A stretch of 64,000 nt of DNA from Bugula neritina (Eukaryota > Animalia > Bryozoa). Below, one piece after another: positions 1 through 19,222 of this stretch. The notes under the pieces were generated by a model. That model was not told the origin of the DNA, made no database searches, and saw only the letters and a program-made list of their open reading frames with translations. The DNA lies in the NCBI GenBank assembly GCA_964035545.1, contig OZ037765.1:7078698-7142697 (forward strand). The letters are read 5' to 3'. The position numbers and the translations under genes are program-made. Within the stretch, counting starts at the first letter, position 1; each line of letters opens with the position of its first letter.

Positions 1-233
1 TACAAGATATACATGTCAATAACTAGTTGTGAATTGTTAGATTCTCCTACATCACTAAAGTCACTTTTTAGTATCATTCGCTAACATTTCGGGAAGAGAT
101 TGAGAACAGCAATTACAGAGAGTTCTAATCACGTAAAAAAACCTTCAATTGGTCAGTCTAAATAAAATGATGACATACTACTTTCTTTTCAAGTGAGACA
201 ACTCCAATAAACAAAGTGATAGAATACAATTTA

Positions 234-5870
<5,637 letters not shown>

Positions 5871-8099
5871 CTAGTTTCAGGGTACATCCAAGAGGTCTGC
5901 TGTCAATAAATTACTACAATAGAAATCATAGTAAAAGGTTACGAAAAAAATGTTGAAAAAATATACAAAAAAACTAATTACATTTACCAATAACTATAAT
6001 TACTTTTTTAAAATGCACACCCATCTGCCAGCATTGTAAAATACATATAAAACTAATTATTTCCGCTAGATTTAAAGCACACCTCCGCTGGAGGAGTTCG
6101 AGACTACAAATATTACTAAAATAGATCAATAATCTGGTATATAGTCGGTCAGCAAAGTGAAATGAGTTTTCTGACAAGATAGAGGGTGCTTATCTGTCCT
6201 CAGAGTTAGTGCTTCAATGGAGACTAAGAAAAGTCAAATTTTACAGAACATTAATAAATCATATAACAGCTGAATGAAGCCAAATGTACAATTTATATAC
6301 ACAGCCATGTTACTAGTAGTAGTACTATGTAAAATAAACACAATAACAAGTAATAAGTTATGTGGGAAAGTTTACTTGCTTTAGAAAAAACTTGGTAATT
6401 CGAAATACTCATGGCAACAAAAAAAATATTTATTGAAATAAAAAAATTCAAAAATTAAAAATAAACTTTGCTATGGCAATTGCTTTTTCCAGCATAAATA
6501 ATAAACTTCTGTCAGTAATTTAAAGCATGAAGTTATATATACATGAGCTTAACTGGTTAATAATAATGCAAAAGCAACTAATACTTTTAATTACTATCAA
6601 TAATCCTACTCAAACTGAACATAAATTATATAAAGTAAATAAATCGAACTGTAATACTGATTATAAAATTTTCGGCAAATATCAGGATGTGTAATCGCCC
6701 AAAACAAGTAAGTCTATAACTATCGTTACATTAATAGTTTAATAGTGCAGATATTGAATTTAGTAATTTTGACTATTATTTTATTGTAACTTTATGTCTT
6801 TGTTGCTGACAAAGAAGAAAACTCCTAACAATTATAAAAACCTATTTCATTAAAATAACATAAGCAAAGCTGGGTCAAAGCAACTTTGATCTAAGTATCT
6901 ACTGGCTCACTTGTTAACTTGAATAGATGAAATGTCTTGATTTGCCAGAAGCATTGGCATAACTTGACTAGCTATTTAATATCTGACTTAGCAAAGGTTG
7001 CCATTGACTAGAACTAGACTAAGCAATTTTTGCCTGAATCATAAGTTTAACTTAGTTGGTTAGCTTTTGCACGCTAAATTCCTGTGAAATACTTGCACAG
7101 ATTGTCTTCACAATGAACTACTATATTAGGTAAATGTGTGTGCTCCATTGCTATTTGTGAATTATGTTTGCATAACAAAAAGTCAATGTAGAGAACTTGG
7201 TATTTATTTACATGATAACAGAATGGGCAAATTAGCTTATCTGTAGAGAGGGCATATATTTTTACTGCACCGGGTCCATATTCATGTCTCAAAGTGCCTT
7301 AAACAAAAAAAACTAATCAAGTATCTGCTGCTTTTGGCATTCACAGCGACTGCAAGATTACTTAAGTTTGCAATCTAGTCTAAATTAATAATGTAGTTGG
7401 CTGATTTATTACATATGCCAGACAGTACTTTTATTGTGACAGAATTTCAAGAAACCGTCAAATGCAGCATATATTTCGATATGGCAGTAAGTTTAGGCCA
7501 AACTGGCCAAGGCTAATTCTACATTTTCCAATTTCTTCATATTGCAAAAGAGTTAGAGAGCTTCTAACTGTATATTTCACAAATCAGCAACTTTTTTTTC
7601 GAAAACTGAGTGCAATATCTTACTATATGCAAACAATTTAGCATGTTAGGGCACCCATAAAAAGCCCTTTTATTAGACAAGTTGCTTCCTGACACTCACA
7701 GTTGTAGCTGATATAAGCATCAGATTTGCAGCCTAGTTTTATTGTTATTCACAGGTAGTTACTAAAATATCAACACTCTGAAGTAAAATCATTCAGTGTA
7801 TAATTTGATATGTTAGGGTTAAAGCCTATAATTTAACATTTAGTGTCATCAAATGATATGCCCTATTGCTGAAAGTTATCAAGTAAATTGACAGTATTTT
7901 GCAATCGTAAAGTGTCTTATATATTACTGACAACATAAAATAAAAGCCAACAGAACTATTAAGGAAGTCTGAAAGATTCTTGTTGAAAACAAAAAATAAA
8001 ATCAGATCCAAAAGCTGACCTTTAGAGACACAGATAAAACTGGTAGTGGGTTTGAAGCACAACCAGAAGACAATATCAATATGAGATCATCAATTAGTA

Positions 8100-9060
8100 G
8101 TTGGATACTGAATGCAAATTTTAACTCGAGTTAATAATAGTATCAGTAAGTTCAAATTCAAGCCACACACACACTAGAAATATTAGTATAATAATATTAA
8201 TCAGCATAAACATGAGTATTACTATAGTAAAAGTAATATTATTGGTCTATTACTATTACGATTTGTATGTTACCATTAGATTAATATCTTTATGCATTTT
8301 GCTTAGCCTTAAAATAAAGTACAACACAGATTGTAAGTCATTATTGGTTACAGTTAAACTTAATTTTAAATTCAAGTCCTTAAAGTTAGTACCAAGATTA
8401 ACTCCAAGAGCAACTCAGTTTAACAGTAACACTAACAGGTTTAGGAATAACTGCAAGACTAAGTCTAATACTAATGCTAATAGTAATAGTAATACTAATT
8501 ACTAACAGTAACACTAATACTAATAGTTAGTGTTACTCATACTCATAGAGTATCACACTTTCATGTCTACTTAATCTTATACAGTTAATGTTAATGTTAT
8601 ACTTATACGCATACTCATACTGACTGATACTGATAGCCATACTCATACTGATACTGTGACTATGAGTATGAGTAAGTCAGTAACACTTCTAGTTCGTAGA
8701 CTTAGAGTTAGACTACTCAGTACTCTACAACATTTACTAACGGTTACTATTAGTATTAGTATTACATTTACTATTAGTATTAGTATTACTATTACTATTA
8801 GTATTAGTATTACTATTACTATTAGTATTATCATAAGTATTACTATTAGACACTTTAACTTTGAGTCTATTAGACTTATAGCTAGTGTTGCAGAGTGAGA
8901 GTCACTGTCATTGTGCTTATCAGATCACAGTTTAAGTTTGAGTTTCAGTTCGACTTTGAGTTGCAGATTCAGTTTCAGTTTGAGCCTTGAGCCTGAGGTT
9001 GAGTTTTAACTTTTACTTTTAGAATTTATTCAACCAAAGTGAAAACAAAGAGTGACAGAA
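8100..9060. repeat. Degenerate 6-bp periodic tract (ANNNTN) in JNK first intron
   Basis: e.g. AGACTA AGTCTA ATACTA ATGCTA ATAGTA (~8456) and AGTTTG AGTTTC AGTTCG ACTTTG (~8935). Boundaries approximate. Confidence 0.75.
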
Positions 9061-9108
9061 ATCACTAAGATGAGTAATTCTCAAATATAAAGGTTTAATT
9101 ATTAATAC

Positions 9109-9766
9109 CTTTATTGGATAACTAATTTGAATGAAAGTTATTCCACTTCGCTGCACCAACCAAGACTTCTTAGTTGGGTCTTCGAGGAAAATTGGTGTTT
9201 TCTTATATTTGACACTATAACTATTACTTTGCAGCTAAGAATGACGTCACTTCTTGTTTTAAATTATTTCATAGTAAACTTCTGTGCTGGGCCGTAATAT
9301 GATACAGCCGTTGATTTAATGCATTATAGCGAATGAATTTAACTTGTATTCTGTTTCAATGATTGCAGTCGTATATTTGAGAGTTGTTTTCTTCGAAATA
9401 ACAATAACTTCAATGTTGAAGTCATGAAGTGTTTTTTTATAATTATTATTTTATTTAGTAACAATTTTTGTTTTAAATTTTAGCATAAACAACTTTTTTT
9501 GAAAATAGCATTTTTATAAATAAAGTAATTGGTGTCAGTTGCTTAGCGAATAATATTCGATAATGTGTTTTGTTGCGGGATCACATAGCATTTGGAATCT
9601 AAGAAACGTATTTCAACTTGGCCAACTTGAAAATAAATTTTAAATTCTTCTTTGTTGAAAAAGTTGAATTGTTTGAACAAAGTTGGGCACATTTTAAAAA
9701 ATATTGGTTTTATTAAATCAATTATTTTATTAGCTATCAGTGTAATCAGCGGTCCACAGTAATCAT
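9109..9766. promoter_or_regulatory. Putative bidirectional promoter between JNK (minus) and IFT74 (plus), with a perfect CRE palindrome TGACGTCA at 9242-9249
   Basis: Head-to-head gene layout. A candidate minus-strand donor (AG|GTATTA) at 9109/9108 could end a JNK 5'UTR exon (acceptor near 5897). The plus-strand donor AT|GTAAGT at 9766/9767 serves IFT74. TSSs themselves are inferred. Confidence 0.6.
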
Positions 9767-12700
9767 GTAAGTAAAAACTAAAAGTCAAACTCAGTGAGAG
9801 TGTCAGCGTGAGTGTCACTGGCAATGTCATACCGATACTAATACTCATTGTCGATATCATTAACCTAAATTAAATTATATTATTGGTTTGTCTTTGATCA
9901 GCAATTATTAATTATATCAATAATAGTAATATAATACTCCAAATTACACATTATCATTATGGGTAATTATTATATTTATTATAACTAAGGCTAATGATTT
10001 CAATTATCAATCACTATCAATGTACATTTTTTTCTGTAGTAATAGTATTTTGTTTTATTCAGTGTTACTGTTATGTCAACTTTAGTTGAACTCTGGGCTT
10101 GTAAAATGCAGTTGCTTGTGCAAGTTGCTTACAAAGTATATCATTTTAAACTGTAATAAATTACTTTAAGTAAAAAATAGTCTATTAAGTTTTGTTTTAT
10201 ATTGGATTTATCATTACTGTAAAATAACGTATTAATTTTAAAATCTCCTTAGGCTTCAAACTGGTAAAAGCTATTGATAAGCATTTTTATAATTGAATCA
10301 AATACTTATCTAGTATAATTTATTGGTATTTCTTTAGGGCTGGCAGGCCCCCATCAAGTTTTGGACGACCAGAGACTCGTGGAAGAGATATGCCTTTAAT
10401 GACTGGTATGATTAAATGTTTTAATTTATTTGGATTTATTGCAAATTTTGCTTTAATATTAAATATTTTGATTTGGTATGTTCTACCTCAACGTGTATCT
10501 CGGTAGATTTATGGGCTGCCATTTCTTTTAAAACTTTATTTTTTTATATTTCAGGTTCTGGGAGACCTTTAGGCACAGCCTCTAGATTGGCCACTGCTAA
10601 TAGGGTAAGAAGTTTAGTTGTTTTATATTGTAAATTTCAACTTTTAAATCAATAATACTTGCATTACTCTTTGCTTATGACCAAGTCGTTTTTATTACGC
10701 CTAATTAAGTACAGCTGAATTCAAGAATGCAGAACTTAATCAATGTAAAATCACTCTAACTAAGAATACAAAATTTTCAATTTAGGTTCTAAAAATACCA
10801 CTGATGGTGGTGGTATTAAATATTTGTTTAATTGCAACATGTTTGTTTAATGGCAGCATTTTATAGTCATCTGTATTATACAAGGGTAGCTACTGCAAGT
10901 TTTCTTATGATATTTTGTTATAAAAAGTAAAATAAATGCACAAGCTTTAAGTTACAAAACATAAATATGCTACTTAAATTAAAAATTAATGTTGATATAG
11001 TAATAACATAGGTTATATACTGTTCATAGAAAATAAAGCAACAAAATTTTAAAGCAAATATGATGAGCATAATATAAAAATTTACGCGCAACGATAAAAG
11101 ATAATAATGTAGTAACTTTGTGGGTTGAATGAAACTTAAGTGTAGAACATATCTCTTTGTAAGAGAAAACAAGATGGAATGTATTCTTCAGTAGTAGTAA
11201 TCTTTATTTCTAGCATAAAGTAGTGGTCTTCAACAAGCGAGCTCCAGTAGTAGATTGAACTACACTGGAACTCGCCTGCTTTTATATACACAAGACAAAA
11301 GAATACAGAAATAAAAGATCTTTTGTTGTTCGAAATCGGAGGTCCGAAATGCCGATCTTCGGCTTTTCGGGACTCCGAAATGCCGATATTCGGCATTCCG
11401 CGGATTCCGAAATGCCAATTTCGGGCAACAACATTTAGTATAAGAAAATTATTACATAACTTCAAATGCGTATTCAGTACAATTACATTATGCTGAAAGC
11501 TTTAACAAGTAATTACAATACTGACGCAAGCAGTTACTAGAACTTTCCAGAACAATAGGGGAGGAAAATCCATTACAATAATACCAAATATTAGTTACTG
11601 TAAATGACTAAAACTGTTTTTGCTTGCATAAAAATAATAAATCATCGAACATATATTTAATTCAAAGACTTTTGCTCACAATTGAAAACAAAAGTATTTT
11701 AATTTTTGGTATGTTTTTACACAAGATTTATAGCTTTTAAAACTTTAGTGTAACCTAGCATTTACTGAGTAAAACAGTGCCAGGATGGTTTATTCAGTGG
11801 TTTTACTAACTTGTTTTAAACTACTTTACTTATTTATTAAGCAAAATATTATACCCTATGTATCAAGTCAAGTGTAAACTGATAATGTATTATCTGGTAT
11901 ATATTGTATTTAGCAAAGACCAGGTACTAAAGGGAGTGCTGCAGTTGGTGGTGCTGCCATCTCATCACAGATACAAATCACAGATCGACCAATGACTCAG
12001 CAAGGAATGGTTGGCATGCAGACTGGTAACAGAGGTCCAAACCGACAAGTTCAGGATAAGTCCTATTTCTTAGGACTACTGAGGTTAGTTTGTTACCAAT
12101 ATTACTTAAATAGTGATTCTTATGATTCAATGATGCTATTTCATTTTATTAGTTATGTTTTAGCAAAAGATATGCTAATTTTGCAGTTGATATTTCTCAG
12201 TTTACTTGGAGAATGTAGATTTGAAAATATTGTGCATTGTCACTACTATTCACATGTATAAATTTTTAGGTCTAAAATAAACGAATTGAAAACTGAATGC
12301 CAGAAAATGAATAAAGAAGTAGAAGAAGTGCAATCGGAGAGTCAAACATTCTTGTCTTATGAAAAGAGAGCGGAAAAGTTAGCCAATGAAATTAAGCATC
12401 TGCAGGGCGAGTTGGGAGATTATAACACAGTAAGAAAACTGTTATGCGCTTGCTTATTTACTACTTTTAATGCAATGAGTTTTTTGGTCTGTGCTAAATG
12501 AATTTACCTAATTCATGTTTTTTAATTTTTTATTGCAAGATGATATTTTGTGCATTAGATATTTTTAAAGCGGGTTTTTGTTAGTTCTGCTGTATTGAGT
12601 CAAATCATTTAATGGACTTGCTGCAAATTTATGAAAATTTGAGCGGAAAAAATGCTTAATTCAATCTCTTGATTTTATAAATTTATAAATAAAATACATT

Positions 12701-15700
12701 TGTAACTTCTGTCTATTTAGTATGAGACTTAAAGTTTTTCAATCTTATTCCAGCAATTAGCTATAACTTTGATATTGTTAAAGAAATTTTATGTCTTGTA
12801 ATAATTCAGGTAGCTTTTAAAAATTAGAATCGCTACTTTTAATTCCATTATAGTTATCTGAAAGTAAAAAATTATTAATCTGAAAATATTTTTACATAAA
12901 GGTGCAAATTAATTTTTCTTATTTAATCTGCCAAACGCATAAATTACTTTCTGACAAGTTATATTAATTCCATGTAATCTTTTAAATAACTTTACCGTAT
13001 GAGCTATATATAGTCACTTATTCACTTGAGTTTAGAACTACAACTTTAATTGACATGACTTGACTCACTGTGTTTTCAGCTTAATTTCAATAAGTGTAGA
13101 ATAGTGAATGAGACATTTCTTTCTCGTTTCAGCTGAATGATAAACTGAACACCGACACTGACATCAGAGACGTTGAAAGAGATTACGATGATCTCAAGAG
13201 TCACAATGATGTAGAGGAGAAAGGATTGGATTTTATATTTGAAGAAAAGAAGAGGTTCTTGTTTTTATCAAACAAATATATTATAATAAAGATTTACAAC
13301 TAAACAGTTTGCTATAGTATTCAATCATTTCCAAATAACTTTAGTGTTTGATTAAAAAGGAAAATTTTCATTTTTTTTTATTTTCAATTGATTGTAGAGG
13401 TTTTTAGATTTATATATGGTTTGCAGATAATTGGTATATACTATAATTTGTCTTTCTAGTTTGGCCATAAGACTGTAGCATAAAGTTTGATATTTTTATT
13501 TACATGTAGTTTTTTAGTTTTATTTATCAATCATATTATCCGTGAGCAGGCATATTAAAAATGTCTTTTTTAAATGTGATGATTTGTGTAAACTTGCATT
13601 AAAGTAATGCAATATTTATCCAACGCCTTAGTTTTACCAACTGCTTATATATTATTATATGTAATGGGTAGATTGTAATTTTGATGTAATTTATTTACCT
13701 TCTACAGCAAAGATGCGCAGGTAGAGGCACTCAATGAGGAGTTGAAGCAGGAGACAATGATGGCAGACTCTATGGTGGCAAATATGGTATGTAGAGTGGC
13801 GTCTAATGTTGTATAAATACACATGGTTAGTCTTAAATAAAGAATAAAAAAAACATCCATATCAGAGAGTTTTTTTTCTCAATTAGAAAAATTTTAATTT
13901 TTAAATTATATGTGAATGGTCTGTGATGCATGTATTTGTGTGAACCTTGCATTGTGGAGTGATGATGTAATATGAAAAACTTTTAAATTAATGTTTTTTA
14001 GTGCACTTTGTAAAATGTGAGTTGTTCTGCAATATAATGCATAATCAATTCTTTTTCGTAATATTTGTAGCCTGAGAAAATGCGTATAAAGTATATGAGG
14101 ATGAGGGAGACCAATGAGCACCTCCTCAAAAATCTTGAGAAAGGACAGCAAGAGCTAGATGCATTGAGTTTGAAGAAGGATAATCTGGAGGAGGTATTTT
14201 GTTATTAATAATATGCTGTTGAAAACACGAACCATAAAATAATAATAATAGTAGTTGTCAGGAATTTTGTATTTGGCACAAAGCGAACAACTCCCAATTG
14301 TTTTTTATGTTATATTTTTTCAAACTTTTCAGGAGTTATCCATGTCCCATATCAAACAAGAAGCGGTCAGAATGTATGAACAAATAAATGAGTTGCAAAT
14401 GAAGAAATCAGCCATCATAGAAGAGCAGAAGTCAAACGAATCTCCTAATGATATCCGTAACCGGCTATTGGAACAAGTCAAGCAAGACAATCATGAAATC
14501 AACACTATGGAAAGACAGTAAGTTGTGTAAAGCTGTACGCAGTTTTACTGGTTTTAACTATAAGTTCTTCATATATTTTAGCTGAAAATCTTCAGTTTAT
14601 CAAATTAAGGTTAATGATCAATCCTCGCCATCATCATTAAGACAAATAATCAGTCCTTAAGGTTTATAAAATAATTCTTTTGAGCCAAGCTAAATTAAAT
14701 GCAGTGTCGATATTGTGCTTTTGTTTTATAGGAAAACTAAAGTAAACACTTATGATTTAAAATGCCATTTTAATGTGATACAAATGTGAAAGTTAGCTGC
14801 AATTTCATCATGATATTAAAAATGTAATATAGCACGTTTTGGAGTTTTCACCTCTATAGTCGTGGTCAGAAAATTAGCAGGAGTTTCATCACAATGCTGT
14901 GCACATCATTGAATGTTAAATTGCTACCGTTATTGTTAAAAAAAGCACAATTTCCAATGAAGCCAATCTAAGATTAATAGAGCACAATTATTTTTTTTAT
15001 ACTGCAATTTTACTTTCAAAATTACTTGTTTGGACTAGATTTTTGTAATACCTGCAGATTAAATAAACGATGAAGTTACTCAACTAAAGCATGACATCCA
15101 GGGCTGTGCTAAACCATTTATTTTTGTATTTTATTATAAATTCACACAATTTTAGTTTGTTAATGTTTTATTAATATATATAACATTATTATTTATTACT
15201 ATAGTATATAGGAGTAACGCAAATCTTTTGGCAAGTTTCTTGTTTACAGTTTGAATAATGCAGGCTGTGATATTTTTAGCAATACTCCGGCACAGTTACC
15301 AGACCTTTGGCGTTACTGCTTTGACCTACTTATGAAAATGTAATAAGATGTCAATAAATACACTTGTATTGAATATACAGTATAGCAATAATTTGTAATT
15401 CAGTGTCACTGAGTAGATATAAAACACATGTATTCTCACGACACCAATCTTTAAGGGCTCCCTGTTACTTTAATGTATTAAATCTTGAATTTAGACTTTA
15501 GAAAGGAAAGACAATTTCATATGCTTAAAGTTGCTTTATAATAACATTAAATCATGCTAATGTCCTTTCTCACAAGGGTGAACTATTTCTTATAGGACAG
15601 CTGAACTGAACGATTCAATTGAAAAAATACAGGATGACTTGAGACAGGTGGACGCTGACCTGGAAGATATCTCTGGAGAGAAAAATCAGAAATATAAAGA

Positions 15701-18700
15701 ACTAAAGAAGAGAGAGGAGACAATGAACCAGTTCTTAGATACTTACGAAGAATCTAAAGTATCAGAGGAGGTAAATCCTAATAAATCAAGTTATGAGGAA
15801 AAAGGTAGTCTTTCATGTAACGACCATGTTGCCACTTTTCAAAACTATGGTTGACTAACATATTGTCAGTAAAATAGTATATCAATGTGAGGGTATAGAA
15901 TATATTTTATTTATTCATTTATGTATTTATTTATTTATATATTTATTTATTTATAGGATCGGCTAGTCCAATCAGAAGCTGCTGTGGTTGCTATACTTGA
16001 GAATATAAGCAGAGTAAGTAAAATATTGTTTGTTTTTCTGTCACTTGAGAGATCTTAAAAAATTTTAAATGTTAAACTAATTTTAATAAAATTTTAATAG
16101 TTAATATCAGGACAAGTAGTCTACTGATTTCATGTAAAATTTAAGGTATTAAATTAAAAAAATTTCACAAAATTCTCAGTCATTCATAAGTTATTGCTAA
16201 TTGCATGAAATTCATCCATTAGTTTGAAAGTTGTTTTTATTCATTTGCTCTAATAATGCGGAAAGCTCTAAAGCGTGTTGATTCTATACATCACACATAT
16301 ATTTTTTCAATACTATTTTATATCATATTATAATATATCTATCTATCTATCAAAAACATTTATATTTAGAGAATATAATTATTTAGGGGTTATAAAAATT
16401 TAAATCTTTAATTAACAGTTTCAATATGATTTTCTCATATTTTTAAATTTGAAATCTTTCATATTTTAGTCCACAATATTTCAAATTGTAGTAAACACTA
16501 AAGGTATGGAAGCTGACCAGCTCTTCAAGTGTACATGTAGTGCTTGTGTCAATATGTATAGAGTGATATATGTATCACTTTAACTCTTTGATATGTATAC
16601 AATTAGATAGTGTTGCTATGGTTACAAACATTATCACGGCTCTATTCAGACACAGTGCTAATTACGCAATAAACTTTATATAATGTTTATGAACTTATAG
16701 ATTTTGATTCTATAATCCTTATACAAATTTTGTTTTCAGAACATGGCCCGCACGCACAGCTTGCCCACACCTGCAGAGCTTAGTAGCATGAAAGACGATT
16801 TATCTTTTAAGACTCAAGAAATGAAACATTCAGAAATGACAGCAACTGGACTAGCTAAAGGTTTGAGAACAGTTTTAAAGCTGAAATGTTAATTAGGATA
16901 GTTGCATAATTTATGATGGCTGACTGAAAAAAATTCTTGTAGCCATATATAAATTGTCAAAAGACAGTTACAATTTGTTTGCACTGTTAAAATATATGTA
17001 CTGCATTAGACTATTTTATGCCAAATATATTCAATATAATGTTATTTTCAACTTATTGCATTGTATGTACTGGATAAAGTACATATTGTCTATGTAGTGG
17101 CATAATTTTGTATTCAGCACTTTTGCATAAACATTTTTATAATTGAAGAATTCTAATTAGATTGAAGTGTTTTAGCTGCATAAGGTAAAAAGGCTTTATA
17201 TTTTGTTAAAAAATATGTTTTATTGTAATCAATTATTTATTCTTTTTCTTATATTTAAATGCTGGTAACTGAATACATGTTGTAAAATGTTGATTAAAGA
17301 TGCATAGCGGGTAGCCTATTGTATTTAGCTAATCTTAATATACTCATTCATTCAGAGGATGAGAAGCTGCGGCTAGATTTGGAAAAAGTGGAACAGCTAG
17401 AAAGTAAAGTTACAAAGGAGTTGTCTGACCTCAGAGTTAAAATAGATGAAATGACAAAAGACTTGGTTACTTACTCTGATCTTGAGACGCAGCGCCAGGA
17501 GGCTGATGACCTGAAGCAGGTAAAAGACCTGTGTGCGTGCCTGCGTGTCAGACTACGTTGTTGCCAATAGTCTATACTACTGTAGTGTTACACATTCAGT
17601 ATCAGTCAAATTATCAAAAGGAATCTGTCCAGGCAAAGATTAACCAAATCGCCATTAATACAAATTAATAGTTTAAAGATAAGGATTTGATTAAGTCTGT
17701 AGAGGAACACCTATTAATGCAGGTCGTTGTACTTGGTGTCAAAGGAACTAAAACCAACGGCACTGGCAAGTGACCCAAGTCTGTGGAAGAGGCTATATTT
17801 GATATGTGCCTGCATGCATCTCACTGGGTCATCAACCTTAATAGTAATTTGACAGCTTGGAACAATAGTTTTTGTTGCTGTAATTTTGTGCTCTTTTCCA
17901 TGAACTGATTCCATTTCAAAACCATAAAGTAATTTACTAGGTTTAAGGCCAAGGCACACTATATTCATGTTTAAGCGGTTGCCAACTGGTTGATGATCAT
18001 GTGACCTACTTCATGCTTACATTTAAACGATTTGCTTCTGTCAAGCAATAATCAAAATGAAGATGTTTTAATCTGGTTTAATAGAACTACTTCCTTAAAA
18101 AAAAAATTCATTGACACTATCTCCACTATCTCTCTTGTGTGCTTTGAAAAGCTTTGTTGAGGTATGGGTAAGCTTCACACTGTGAGAAAATCCCTGTAAC
18201 CTGTTTCTTATTTACTGTTTTTAAAACTGACAATCCACTTTAAAGGGACACGTATACAGTATAACACAAGTGATGCCAACATTGCTGGTCAAATTCTTCT
18301 CCTTTAATAGTAATTATGTTTATAGAAACTGATGGAAGAGCGAATAGTGTTGGCCAAGAGGTCGGCCAATATAAAACTGACTGTATCAGAGCTGGCCAAT
18401 TCATACGAGGCTCTCAAATCTTCACTTAATGAGAATGAGACCTACACTCAGGTATGTTTCTATTCTCAGTAGTTGATCATTTTGAAATTGTCTTCTTTTG
18501 TTGAAGTTGGCATTAGTTTTAAGTTAACTCTGTCTAATTGTTTTCTCCCGTGCAAGCTTGCTATTATTCTCAACTGTTTTATAGTAAACAACAAATATTA
18601 TCAGGTTATAGAGTTCAACTACATGGGTAATCATTGTGGTAAAATAACTGCAAGTGACAGATATGGAAATGTGTGATAGATTAATCTGTTCTTTTAATTG

Positions 18701-19222
18701 ATTTGTTTTTAGGTAAAACATAAATATAAGCATACACTGCCCTTAGCAAATATGTAACTTTCCGTTACTGAAAGATGAGTCAGGCTTGTTGACCAGGGCC
18801 TTATTTCTGCCTTATTTGGTGGTGATGTCATATGTCAGATTTGGGCGAAGAGTTCAAAAAGTCATACTGGTTAATCTACTATATTTTTATTCTTATAACT
18901 AGCCAATTGCCCTTTGTATTATTCCAAGCTAGCCGGTTTATTTATGCTACATCCAGGGCTGTAGTGGTCACCGCCACGCTATGCTTAGGTCATTGGTCTG
19001 TCTCAGCATACTGGTTGCCTAGAGGTTATCACTAGTCATTGTTATTTTTAGTTAGGAAATTTGGAAAGAAAATGGCAACATCTGGAGCAAAACAACTTCG
19101 TGATGAAAGAGTTTATAGCCTCTAAGACCATGGAGTGTGATTACAGGCCACTTACTCAAAAGTGTTCAAATATAGCCCAAGAATACAACCAAATGCTTAT
19201 TAAGAATAGCGTGAGATCCTAA
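9765..19222 (+). CDS. IFT74: Intraflagellar transport protein 74
   Basis: Phase-consistent exons 9765-9766, 10338-10405, 10555-10604, 11914-12083, 12270-12429, 13133-13254, 13708-13786, 14071-14193, 14333-14517, 15596-15770, 15957-16013, 16740-16860, 17356-17519, 18326-18451, 19052-19222 give 590 aa. Diagnostic segments: basic RP-rich N-terminus, DRPMTQQGMVGM...[83 protein letters not shown] at 19650-19655. Confidence 0.95.
9775..10090. repeat. Degenerate 6-bp periodic tract (ANNNTN) at the start of IFT74 first intron
   Basis: AGTGTC AGCGTG AGTGTC ACTGGC AATGTC ATACCG ATACTA ATACTC ATTGTC (~9799-9852), fading to the right. Confidence 0.7.
11331..11430. repeat. CpG-rich ~30-bp x3 repeat (TCCGAAATGCCGA..TTCGG); probable DNA-transposon subterminal remnant
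   Basis: Three copies of TCCGAAATGCC with internal CCGA/TCGG inverted motifs in an otherwise very AT-rich intron. Confidence 0.5.
16612..16625. promoter_or_regulatory. RFX X-box (GTTGCTATGGTTAC) in an IFT74 intron
   Basis: 14-bp match to the RFX consensus (reverse complement GTAACCATAGCAAC) inside a ciliary gene. Function is inferred only. Confidence 0.45.

Noticed and set aside
8212-9860. Small ORFs with alternating hydrophobic residues (ISISITIT, LTLTLSLS)
   Set aside because: By-product of the ANNNTN periodicity. They occur on both strands and have no splice or homology support.
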